Shown: positions 25,629-37,330 of the stretch, in pieces | Layout: the number at the start of each line of letters is the position of its first letter | Position numbering within the stretch: position 1 is the stretch's first letter | The notes under the pieces: model-generated | Seen by the model: only the letters and a program-made list of their open reading frames with translations | Database searches by the model: none | Told to the model about the DNA's origin: nothing | NCBI GenBank assembly: GCA_964035545.1 | Contig: OZ037765.1 | Coordinates: forward strand, 32,301,504-32,365,503 | Source: Bugula neritina | Lineage: Eukaryota; Animalia; Bryozoa | DNA: 64,000 bases | Direction: 5' to 3' | Program-made: the position numbers and the translations under genes

Positions 25629-26174
25629 CTAGTCAGTAAAGTGTAAACCTTCATCTGAAGAATACGCTATGTCATTAATAAAAATGTCCTCATCATATTT
25701 GATACACTCTGTTAGCACAATGTTCAGTTTCACCGTGAGATCGCCAAACACTTGGCGGCCATGTTGTAATAGATTATCACGCAGCCTTTTCCTGCTTTCT
25801 TCCGCTTCATCCCGACAAACTGGCACGGAAAGAAAGCTAGTCGTTCCCTCAATGAATCTCCACTGCACGTTCTGAGATTGAGACTTGGTCAGTTTGCCAG
25901 CCCCTAGAGGTATTCCATTTATCAGACGAGGAATCTTCTTGTAGCACGACATCGGTATTTGTCCATCGGAATAGACTGGTTTTACCGTGACATGCATTAA
26001 ATAGCAGGCCTGAGATGGGTGGGCGCAGTCTTCACCCACATTGTTGTTGTTCACCATAGACTGTTTGCAGGCTATGTTCCAGTTGGAGACGATAACGTGC
26101 GCCTCTCTTGAAGAAATAGCAAACACTGACTTAGTGGGCGTGCGCAGGGGCACGGTAGAGGGAAGCTGAGACAT
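25629..26174 (-). CDS. Uncharacterised 181-aa protein, single coding exon
   Basis: 546-nt ATG-initiated ORF with GC content clearly above its flanks and non-repetitive composition. Plausible acceptor (cttttag) ~26 nt upstream of the ATG, with an in-frame stop before the ATG. No family recognised. Confidence 0.65.
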   Translation of the reverse strand: MSQLPSTVPLRTPTKSVFAISSREAHVIVSNWNIACKQSMVNNNNVGEDCAHPSQACYLMHVTVKPVYSDGQIPMSCYKKIPRLINGIPLGAGKLTKSQSQNVQWRFIEGTTSFLSVPVCRDEAEESRKRLRDNLLQHGRQVFGDLTVKLNIVLTECIKYDEDIFINDIAYSSDEGLHFTD

Positions 26175-26299
26175 TTGACAGATTAGCTATTTCCTGTTAC
26201 CTAAAAGATTGTAAATCATATGAACATCTGATAACTTGCTAGTACCACTCTGCTTGGAGTACTTGTACAAAGATTCAAAATTTTGTGTGTGTAAACTTG

Positions 26300-26420
26300 T
26301 CTGTAAAAACACTGCCCCCCCCCCACCAGGAATTGAATCTCAGACTTCTAACTTGCAACTGTGTGCCACTCTTTACAGTTTACACTATAGGGGCTACTGG
26401 GGAATCACTATACTACATTC
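26300..26420 (-). repeat. Second tRNA-like dispersed repeat, degenerate copy
   Basis: Aligns by eye with 51562-51670 (ACCAGGAATTGAATCTCAGAC...TTGCAA...TACACTATAG...CTACTGGG). Confidence 0.5.
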
Positions 26421-28049
26421 TCTATAGTTACTAAGTTTAATTGAGTTTACATTATATATTATATGTATATTAATGTTATTATAATTTTGTCTATTATATA
26501 TTATGTCTTAAATATCATATTTATTATACACAATTGTTGAAGTATATATTAGTTGATGACATAGACACTCAATATATAGATAATACAATATAATAAAATA
26601 TAATTAATCGCACAACATTATTTGAAAAATATACAACACAATACCTCTTTAATGAATGTGCTTTTACTCAGTTTACTTGCTACTAGCAGAAGTTGAGCGA
26701 CACAGTTTCCCAGATGTAGATCTAACAAGATTGTAATGCAGTCAGTGATGCTGCTATATCAAGCTGCTTATGAAGAACTCAACTTAAGAACTGATCAGCT
26801 GCCAATAAACGCTGCCTTTAATAATCACAGTACAAGGTTTAGTGTGCAGTATTTCGAGCAATAACTCAATGGGATATTAGTTCAGCCTATTCATACACTA
26901 AAAGTATACAAACATTATCATCTATGCCTGCCAACTTCGCCAAACAATGGCTCTTTATTAATTCACCAAATAAATATTAGCTCAACTTACATGTGTAGTT
27001 ATGTGTGGGGGCTGTCACAGACCACCCCTACTAAGGTACATGTTATATGAGTAGCAATAGTTCATGCGTTATGCAAGTTACAAAAGATCAAGTGTATAAT
27101 ATTCAGCAATGTATTGAACTATGCTATTGATCTGATGTTAGAAAATTTCAGGCCAATAATTGACCTTGAACTGACGTGAACTTTAACCTTTAGGGTGGAG
27201 TTAGGCAGAAGGCAAAATGCATTATTTGTAAGGACATGTATTTCTTGTATGCATTTATGCTACGAACAGACTTTGGATTAAATTGGATTAATCCCCCCTG
27301 GGTAAAGCACTATGATCAGAACACACTAAAGGAAGGTTATAGCCTAGTGAACATGAACTAAAAACAAAGTGATGTTGTGAACAGCACCTTTCTTTATTTC
27401 AAGCAAGCACTTCAATCTGTCTAATAGACTTAGCTAAATTATTTGCTGCAGTACTAACACTCAGGGTCAAATGTCATTGGCAGCAGTTCCAAGGGATGTT
27501 ACTTTACTATCAGCTGCAAACATGACAAACTTCAGTGTAGTAGAATTTTGTCATTGTGTTTTGTTGCAAGGCATAAGCTAAATTCACTAGCTTTAGACAC
27601 ATGGAAATATTTGGGTAATATTTCATTCAACTATTGAGTTGCTTGCCCAAAAGAGTTCGGACATTGACTGTAATTCTAATATATAATAGCAATACAATTA
27701 ACTATATGTAGGAAGACAACTCCAGTGTTAATTGCTCTGCCTAATTAATTAAGCTAAAAGGTTTCTACAAGAAAATTTAATGTGCATGCGTGGGCGTGGC
27801 GTGTGTGCGAGAGTTATAGTCCCACTTATAGCTTATGATCTTTCTCATATAAATTAAAATCTAACAACATCATGTCATTCTTGTCATTCATCTGTCATCC
27901 AGCCACTACAGTCACTACATTGGACTATAGTAAGACTGTCACTGAGTTTGATTTGTATATACTTAATTTACAATTTCATGCTCCAATAAATACAGGATGA
28001 TGACCCAGAGATTTGCTAGTTCACGTTGCCAGTCATTACGAGCACCATC

Positions 28050-29420
28050 ATGGCTACCTGGCCTGTGATTAGTCAGTTCATCAAACACTGTATCTACTTT
28101 GTATTTTTTTCTGTATTTCGCTGCTGCCAGCTGACTTATTGGAAGTTGACAGGAGTACAACGTCACCTGGATAGCTGCCGGAGTGGAAGGAACCACGCAG
28201 CTTCTGCACAGCTGCTTAAAGTTTGGTTCCGTTCAACAGGAAGAAGAATAAATATCAATCTACAGCATCACTTCCTGTCCACTCATGTGAGGTTTGTTCA
28301 TCCCGGGTATGCACTACAAGCGCACATTACACTAATGACTGTTACTGATAAAGAGGCTATATTTAGTATTTCTGCTGCGACTGACAACGTGTTTGACGTT
28401 AAAAAATGGCCATTGGTAAATTTAGGACTGCTGCACTCGGCCAGGTATTTACTTGTTATGCCACTCAGTTCGTTGATCAAACTTGGAGAAGATTTGGGTG
28501 ACCCAAAGGTGAAGGTCATTTGGTTATACAACACGTCAAGGTGTGGTGGTACGGCTCTAATGCAGGCTTTTAACTCCTTACCTGATATGGTAGCAATTTC
28601 TGGACCCAAGTGCATGATTTCACTTGATTTGGCTTTTAAAAGAAAGCTTCTGAAAGGAAAATATAAACATTATGTGAATTCTGATGAATACCGACGAATT
28701 TATCGAAACATCGTCCGACTGCTGCTCAAACCATCTCAGAAAGAAGCTAATGTCGTTGCTGTTAGGGCACACGGACAAATGTCTAAAACAGATCTCCAGT
28801 TAATACCCAACTTGTTCCCTCAGTTTTCCGGAATCTTCATGTATCGCAATGCAGCAGAACAGATTTCCTCCCTGTACAGAGTTACACACGGCTTTGACTT
28901 GCACTCTGATTGTGCTTTAACTGTGATCAAACATCCATGGCTCTCAGTGCTTTTACCAAACATCTGGCCACTAAACCTGTTATACATTGTCTGCAACGAC
29001 CCACAACATCTGCAGCACCTGTTTAAAAGAGAAAGTATTAGAAAACTTGATAATTTCGTTATCGCTGTCATACAATTTGGTGAAACATGTTTTCATTACA
29101 AAGCTGTGGTAGCTAAGGGTGTACCAATAACTGCATTTAAATATGAACATTTTCTAGCTGACAAGCTGGGGTTCTGTGAAGCACTATTTCATCATGCGGG
29201 AATGGAGTTGACAGTAAAGAGAAGAAAGTTAATAGCTGAGGCATGGAAAGACGACAGCCACAAAAGCACTCCTCTTAAACGAGACCTTTTCAAGCATATA
29301 AAAGTGGAGATCACTGATGAAATGGTGGAAAATGCTAACAGTTTCTTGCAATATTATGACTTACCAGAATGGAACGAACCAACCAACTTACCAAACACTG
29401 TTCAATACAGCAGTCAATAA
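28050..29420 (+). CDS. Intronless P-loop sulfotransferase-fold protein (~456 aa)
   Basis: Long uninterrupted ORF with first ATG at 28050 and an N-terminal hydrophobic segment. 5'-PSB-like loop VIWLYNTSRCGGT, 3'-PB-like FMYRNAAEQISS (R-x7-S) and the KYE motif typical of PAPS-dependent sulfotransferases. Confidence 0.8.
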   Translation: MATWPVISQFIKHCIYFVFFSVFRCCQLTYWKLTGVQRHLDSCRSGRNHAASAQLLKVWFRSTGRRININLQHHFLSTHVRFVHPGYALQAHITLMTVTDKEAIFSISAATDNVFDVKKWPLVNLGLLHSARYLLVMPLSSLIKLGEDLGDPKVKVIWLYNTSRCGGTALMQAFNSLPDMVAISGPKCMISLDLAFKRKLLKGKYKHYVNSDEYRRIYRNIVRLLLKPSQKEANVVAVRAHGQMSKTDLQLIPNLFPQFSGIFMYRNAAEQISSLYRVTHGFDLHSDCALTVIKHPWLSVLLPNIWPLNLLYIVCNDPQHLQHLFKRESIRKLDNFVIAVIQFGETCFHYKAVVAKGVPITAFKYEHFLADKLGFCEALFHHAGMELTVKRRKLIAEAWKDDSHKSTPLKRDLFKHIKVEITDEMVENANSFLQYYDLPEWNEPTNLPNTVQYSSQ

Positions 29421-32098
29421 ACTTTTAAAACATTTTATCTAAATCACAGTCTAAAGTGAGGCTATTTGGTATAATATAGCAAAACCACATTTTACTACAT
29501 CACAACAATTATAATATTACCTTCTACTGAAGACTAGCTTTATGATACCCATGCTAATATCTCTGTATATGTTTTGAAACTTGTGAAGCTATATTGATAA
29601 TATACTATATTTTTCAAGTAACTTACAAAATAATGTGAGATTGAATTGAAGATTAGAAATATCTTAATTATGTTAAGAATGAAATAAATTGGAGAATCAA
29701 AGAATACAAATATAATATACTGTATAGTAAAATTTTTTGATGAATACAATTTTCATAAATTGTTGCAATCATAAAACAGCATTTCTTGTCAGGGAAACTA
29801 GAAATATTATAATTCTCGATTTAGTTTGCATAACAATGTTTTAAATTGCTATACCTAATCTTGAAATGTTTTAGTTAATTTGTACACTGTTGATTACAAT
29901 TAATTTATAATGATTTGCTGTTCTGCATAAATTCCATAGCTGCCTACTCACTCAGCTCATGTCTTGAAAACACAAACTACTTGAAAATCTATCAAATATG
30001 CTGGGCTGATTCCTTTGACTCTAAACTTCTGGTCAGTTATAGTTTCATGTAATTTTTTACTCAACCAACTTTTGCCAGTATGTTTCAATATTATTTCGGG
30101 TTTTATTGTAGTAACCTACGTGCATAGTTCTCAATACTATTTGCTATTATGGATGCCTATTTAGTTTTACTAATAAACTTTCCATCAACAATTTAATAGC
30201 AGCTATAATACTTACAGTAGCATTAGGGTGATTATTCTATATTGTGCATCCTGTTTACACATTACTGCATGATAATGATGTTACGTCCTGCGTAGCATTG
30301 CATAACATCATAAAGCTGTTGTTGCTACTCTAAATAGTACACCTGTGACTTGTTGCTATAGCAACTGGTGCCAAGCTAACAGCTACTATATAATATTCCA
30401 GAAAAGGCTTTGTATGCTGCCAGGCATGCAATGATTAAGATAGAACTTTCTAGAATGTATATAGTTATGTAGATCACACCTACGCGCAGCTATTAAGAGC
30501 ATATCATTTGGGTGAGGTTAGCTCAGCATGAGTCATGCATAGTTTGAATATCTGATGTTGGGAATTCCAACTTATGCGTGACTTCATATGGATATTTACC
30601 ATAATATACTGTGGTTTAGGAAATGCAATTAAAATAATATATTTACATTGAGATGTTTCTGTGAAACTGAAGCGCATAGTTTTCATCATGGTTGGGCAGT
30701 AAGTAACCCACCCCATTGTCATGTGCCTAAGCATCATGGGTACCCAACTAAATCCAGACACAATATTCTACACTCTTTAGAAGCACATTTTAAGTTAATA
30801 TTTAAAACCTTTCTTTTAATTTTTAATCAGTAAAAGTTAGTCATCAAACTTTCCCCTAATATTATGATATAATAGACAGCATGAATAGCTGCACCTAACT
30901 AGTTTAAAGAGATGAGATGGGTACAGCCTACAAAGATATATAGCATCAAGTCTAGCTTAACTTTTTGTATATGACACTGCAGATTATCTCTGCATAAACC
31001 TGTATGTATGTATGGTATGTATGGCTTCATACCATAACAAAATAACATCCAGTTGTAGTATTTTATTAATTGGTAGTTCTTTAGTATGCTTACGTTAATA
31101 GTAGCTTCTGTTATAATGCTTTCTAAAGCTGCATTTTATATACGTCAAAATGTAACTGCATACCCCAGTGTGTTTTGTGTTGTTTGATATTGCACATAAT
31201 TATATGTTACATAATTGTACTTTATTTCACCAGCAGCTCACATAGATGTGAAACAGTTTTATGAGGTTAAGTTCTACATAATTTGCATCAATTACTCAGT
31301 TTTGAAGTTGTAACTATATGGTTGCAGATGAAGCTATAGGCATTTGCATGTTTTACTCACTTTTGTATTTTATTGTACTGGAATATTATTATGCTATTCA
31401 GCACTTCATATGTATTTACATTTTATTACAAAACTATATAATCTTGTACTAATGAGGTGAAGGAATGATACCTCATTAGTTATAGCACACAACAGCACAG
31501 GCAGCAGTAGTAGCAGCAGCAATGAAGGCCCTACGTTACAACTTGTGGCTAATTAGTAGTTCAACATGCTGACAGTAGCTGCTTTTCTGCTGCCAGTTTA
31601 CTAATTATGATGTAACAACTGTTAGTATAAATGAGAGGCTAGGCAAATAGTAAGCACTGACCGCTAGTAATAATACTGATATTACTGCTAGTCCAGCTGC
31701 AGCAGCAGTAGTATTATAGTTATGGTAGTGTTAGTAGTAATATACAGTAGTACTAGTAGTAGCATTAGCATTAATAGTAATAATACTATTAGTAGCAGTA
31801 GCTATTACTAGTATTAGTGGTAAGTTCAATGAAGCATGGAGGGTGTTCTAGCAACCCCTACCAACCGGCTTCGTATCTAGGAGAGTAAGAATTTTCCACA
31901 CAATCTGGGAATCTTCAAGAATAATTTATTACTTATATGATGTGATGATATCTCAGCTAAATAACAAACTGTATTATGTACAAAAATAGCTGTTTTGTTG
32001 TTCAAACAAAAACAGTAATAAAACTTGTGTAAATATAATAGAATAAAAAGAGTAGTTGGCAAAAGAGATTATAACTGTAGTACATAGGGATACACATG

Positions 32099-34051
32099 TC
32101 ACTCATTACATTTACTCTCTAGCAGTGCAAGTACAGATTCTATAAAATTGACTGTTTCTTTCCGCTTTTTTCGAATTTCTACATCACCATGTGTTGACAC
32201 ATCATCTAAAGTCAACTGACACCTGGTCAGCATTTCATCCAAGTACCGATAGTCTTTGCTAGCTTTGCTACCTGAGAAGCTTTCTACTTGCTGTTTGTAC
32301 TCGTCAACTTCTGATTTTACTTTTTCAATAGCTTCATATGATTGTTTTATGAGGTTGATAGTATTAGCATTGTCGTCTGCTTCGGGCACTGACTCATCCA
32401 TTTCTCCATCACTTTTACATGCAGTGTTTAAATCGTTGGCACCGGTTTCGCTGTTTTCTTCCACCGCAGTTGTTTGAGCGTCGGCGGCCATTTTATCTTC
32501 TGTCTGAGGCTCTTGATGTTGGGACGTTTCACAGTCACACTCCTTGTCACTCTGTGACTCAGGAATTGTGTCACAGTCACACTCATCCAACTGTGAGTCA
32601 TGGTTGTCATACTGAGATTCTACTCGACTCAAAGGAACTTTTTCATAATCTTGCCCATTGGCTTCTCCCTTCGATTTTTCCTGCTTTGCCTACAACACAT
32701 ACACGCAAAGTATTAAAACACAATGGCTGGCTTTAACAGGCTTTGTAAGCTATAGTATCTGCCTAAATATGGTTGTTAAGTTTTATAAAATGAATAAAGT
32801 CCCCATCACCTCAAACCTACACAATAAATTCTATATTGTTCACAAAATTGCAGTCCTGAGGGTAAAACTTGTGCACTAATAAACTGGTTATACATGCGCT
32901 ACAATTATAGTGCCTGAAACACACAATACCCAACTATTTCACTACTGCATTGAAGCAGTATGTCTTTCTAAATTGACTGAATTTGATTTATAAAAGTGAA
33001 TTTAAGGAAACCTAATCGAAAGTGTGACTGCAATTTTCTCGTTTGAGATTTACTATTTGTGAAAATACTTTCGAAAATAGACAACAACTGTTCAAATGAA
33101 TAATTTTGGGGTGACTTGAGACAAAAAACTGTGAATCAAAATGCTGGAAAAGAAAGAAACTTGAGCAAATAAACCTTCAACTCTTGGCAATATTAAATTA
33201 TTAGTTTCAAATCCTTTAAGGGTTGAGTATCTATGAAAGTAAAATAGTAAATATACATGCATTCTTAAGTAATTACTCAGCAAGAGTAGTGCAAACAGTA
33301 CTATAGTATTCACTGTGTTATGTAAACCAACCTGCTTGGGCTGAGGGCTTTCTCGTCTGCTGCCTGACACGGCTGACTCATCATCTGCTTTTGGTGCTGC
33401 CGTCTTTTCCTGAGGGATTATTGCTTTTGCCTGCACGGCACCACTTTCCGGTTGCTGTTGAGAGAATTCCCCAGCTTCACTGTTGATAGGAATGGTCACA
33501 GAATATTTACCAGGACCTCCTTGCTGACTTTTCGGACTTCGACCTCGAGGCAGAGTTGAAGACTTGTCAGTTATTAAACTTTCAAACGGTGACTGCTGCC
33601 GTAAACTCCCCGCGCGAGACCGAAGCGGCCATATTGGATTAGTAAAGAATGAGTCATCTGGCTCATCAAAGCCTGAGAACCAAGTGTCGCTGTTCATTCG
33701 GGGCTCAAACGGCGTATTGTGATATCCCTGCTGCCGGGGTCTAGCTCGGAGCCCTCTGCTGTTTTCCTCCGCTGGTTCAAAAAAGTGATTAAATGGAATA
33801 GATGTGTATCCATGATCAATAGGCATTCTTCTCTGTGCTGCCGCTGCTGGAGTGGGTGATGCTGACCTTCTAAGCATGGATCCCATGGTATTGAGCATTC
33901 CCCTAGGATGGTCTACCTGTCTTGGGTCGTCCCACGTGGTAAACTGCCTGGCGTGATTTAAGTAGTAAGGCATACCTGTTCTGCTATCGATCCTCATTTC
34001 CCAGTCTTCTGGTAGGCGAGTTGTTGACGCGTCTTCGGTTTCACTTGTCAT
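32099..34051 (-). CDS. BAG3: WW-domain + BAG-domain Hsp70 co-chaperone (BAG3/Starvin-like), 436 aa
   Basis: Exon 1 33332-34051 (donor CAG|gttggt), exon 2 32099-32689 (acceptor gttgtag), phase 0. N-terminal WW domain LPEDWEMRID...PYYLNHARQFTTWDDPR. C-terminal BAG domain ...YRYLDEMLTRCQLTLDDVSTHGDVEIRKKRKETV. Confidence 0.88.
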
Positions 34052-34075
34052 TGTTGCTGCATCTGTTTGCTCGCG

Positions 34076-34255
34076 CTATTTATGTAGGCTTGTCAACACA
34101 CTAGAATACACTAGCGATGCTGGAACATGCGAGAATTTATTAGAACACACGTGCAATATATTAGATGAAATAAACAAGAACTATTATTGGTTAGTGTGTA
34201 AACCACAACGTTATCTTATTGGTCAGTCGTTACATTCTATAGCGGGTTATATTGG
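34076..34255. promoter_or_regulatory. Divergent promoter region with three CCAAT boxes and an HSE-like GAA array
   Basis: ATTGG at 34186, 34218 and 34251 (32/33-bp spacing). GAA at 34123, 34133 and 34143 (10-bp period). TATA-like CATAAATAG on the - strand at ~34075-34083. Confidence 0.55.
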
Positions 34256-34679
34256 TACAGTCACGACCTGAATCTATATCAATATTGCTCGGCAAAGAAT
34301 GACTCGATCACTCGTAACATAATGAAAATCAAACTTTTGCTGTAATACTGAGTTCGCTCAATAATACTACTGAGCTCATAAATAACAACTACTCTTACGT
34401 TATATATTGTACGCACAGACCTCACGCAAAATATCTGATAAATACGGTATTAGTTGAAAGGGAACCCAACAATGGATTTCCCCAGTTGTAATCGGCAATG
34501 AGTACAGTTTGGCCGGGCATGTCATATCCAGGGTATTATAATGAGCATGAATCTGTCCAATGAAAATTGAGGAAAATCACGGTGAAACGCATCTTCCACT
34601 GCTATAAAATAGATGGCTGTCGCGTTTCGATTCATTACCAAATTCTCATCGATCTGCCTGGACTACTACACGAGCTAAC

Positions 34680-37168
34680 ATGGAAACTTGCTGTTGCAGC
34701 TGTTTTCCAATTAAGTTCATCAAGAAAGATGGTACTGTTGAAAAATTTGAAGGAGTAACGGAAGCAGATATTAAAGCAAACATTAGAATGGTAGAAATTC
34801 ACAGGCAAGTTTAATGAATTAATATTTTGGTGAAATAATTAAAACTAAACTATTATAGTGAAAATTTAACAATGATAATCATACGCTTGCGGTTAGGTGT
34901 AAATTAATTATCCTTCAACTATAAATATGACATATTATTTATTAATTCACAAATAACTGTATGCAATATAAATCAGCTTAATTTGTTGAAGCTCTTTAAT
35001 GAACACTATATTGAAGATAATGTAAAAACCTCCCAACATAGTATAACTATTTTACAGTTATAGAAATCCTTAGTAAAATATTGCAAGTATTCTGCTGTTA
35101 AACAACAATATTAGAGGGTGGACATAATGCTCCGCCTTACCTAGCTTCAATAATAGCCTTGGCTCTCAACACTATGCTGTCAGTTTTTTAAACTGTCTTT
35201 GTAATTCATCTACTATAAGTTCTCATTGTTATTTATATTGTAGGTCGTTTGTGTACGCCCTGGGGAAGACTCTGTATCCAGAGTATGACTTTATATCACA
35301 TGACCTCACAAAGTTTAGCTCAGCCGAACTGATTCCATACACTAAGAAGTTCATCTGCAAGGTGGATGACTCAGTGAACACTGACTGGAAGACGGCAGTA
35401 CAACATCATTATGATAATAACCCACACCATCCTGAGGTATGCTCATAGCCTATGTTCCCCGCAGAATAGTTTAGTTACTAATGGGTGGTCTAAACACGTA
35501 TTGTATTGATGTGGAAGTGCAATGCACAGGGATAAGCTACCAGCATGTAAATTGATAGCCTAGCAAATCATGTGTATCTAATGCAGGGAACTACCTCGTT
35601 GTATATACCAGTTGTAGTAATACCAGCTGTATAGTAATAGTGTATATCAGCACATGAAACTAGCTATGTAATATATTCGCATGGTTTAAGTCCTGGCATA
35701 TTATGAGTGTTATGGTGCTTTATTTAGTACACACAAATTTAAAATTCATTCAAAACTCATCAAAATTTTCTATTAAAATATTTTCATGTGCTGCATGATT
35801 GCAAATATGTTGAATAAGGATTAATGAAAGGTTTCACAACACTAAAACCTTTATTTTTGACAAAAGAGAAGGCATCTGAAATGCACTTATTGCATGTACT
35901 ATTTATAGATTATAAAATAAAATTCACAAAACTATATGGAATAAGGTAGCTTTTTGATAGAAAATATAATTTGTTAACAATGTTGCAAAAGTCTGCGTTG
36001 TTTTAGTAAAAAGTCAATAAAAACATGGAAAATAAGTAGCAACATTGAAAAAGTACCTACTACTTAAATTTATTTGTTTAAAGTTCATTTTAGTTTAAAG
36101 CAAAAGCATACATATATTAGTAGCTAGATTTTTATAAAATAAGCAAAGAATGATAATATATTCAATGTGTACTAAATAAGATATAAAGTAGCTTGGTGTA
36201 TATCTAGTTTATGTCTATTCAAATTGTAATAATTATTATATGAAAGTAAATTAAGTCAGCTATAAGATATGATTTAATACATGGCTATACGTTGTGCTGT
36301 AATTCAAAAACAATTTCTAAATGCAAAATATTCTAGTCAATGTAATGACAAGGCAAAATAGCAATGATTTCGGTTGATAGTGAAGTTGCACACAGTGAGT
36401 GTAATATTGTCATTGTACTGCTTTAGGAACACTGTAGTCTAAGCCAGTAACATATATAATATGTAACATGAATTTCTCACAAAGCCACAACAATGTGTTA
36501 TCAGATGAATGACACGCATGCTTGCACCATTGTTTAGAATCTTAAGATAAAATAATAGGAGTTGAAGGCCTTTGACTATATTATCTTTATTGTAAGAGCA
36601 ACGATGTGTAGTTTATCTCTTTTTGTCACATGACTGCTAAATTTATAAATATATATGTTATATGCAGTACAGAACTAGCAATCACTGCTCTTTTCGTATC
36701 TGTGTAAAATGTAGTGATTCCCTAGTGGTCCCCATATAGTGTAATGCTTAGCACACTGACTTGCATGCAAGTTGGAATATTGTGGTTCAATTTCTAAGGG
36801 GTCAGATGGTTTTATATATGATAATTATTGTTAAATGAATAGTATGTATAACAATTATAGAATATTTATTTAACTGTTCTGTAATATTTTTGCAGTATTG
36901 GGGAGATCAAGACATGCCTGAAGAGTACTTGAAAGAAAGCCTAGTAGACATGATAGCAGCAAAGTACCAACATAGGGAGGGTAGAACGAGCCTCCCCACC
37001 CATATAGAACCATATATCTTTGAAATGAAGGCTATGTTCCTCACAAGGTATACTGAGACAGACAGAGAGAAAGTACTGAAAGAGTGCGAGAGACTGAAAA
37101 CTGTGGACTGGAGCGGTCGACCAATCATATGCAGAGAATTTCAGTCATCAGTTAGTATGAGTGTATAG
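34680..37168 (+). CDS. HD-like protein resembling DUF5662, ~196 aa, 3 exons
   Basis: Exons 34680-34804 (GC donor AG|gcaagt), 35244-35436 and 36896-37168; phases 2 and 0 join without stops. Product: METCCCSCF...VEIHRSFV...ISHDLTKFSSAELIPY...WKTAVQHHYDNNPHHPEYW...MPEEYLKESLVDMIAA. The 3' end may instead splice at 37150|gttagt to 37410 (..SSL*). Confidence 0.8.
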
Positions 37169-37330
37169 TGACTGAGTACTGACAGTGTGCAGTGACTGAA
37201 TACTGACAGTGTGCAGTGACTGAGTACTGACAGTGTGTAGTGACTGAGTACTGACAGTGTGCAGTGACTGAGTACTGACAGTGTGCAGTGACTCCGTGCT
37301 GACAGTGTGTAGTAGCTCAGTACTGTTAGT
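37160..37330. repeat. 24-bp minisatellite
   Basis: About 7 copies of CAGTGACTGAGTACTGACAGTGTG. Confidence 0.9.

Noticed and set aside
33092-33331. Hydrophobic C-terminal extension of the 319-aa ORF suggesting a membrane-anchored WW protein
   Set aside because: Read-through into the AT-rich intron after the CAG|gttggt donor. The spliced product continues into the BAG exon.
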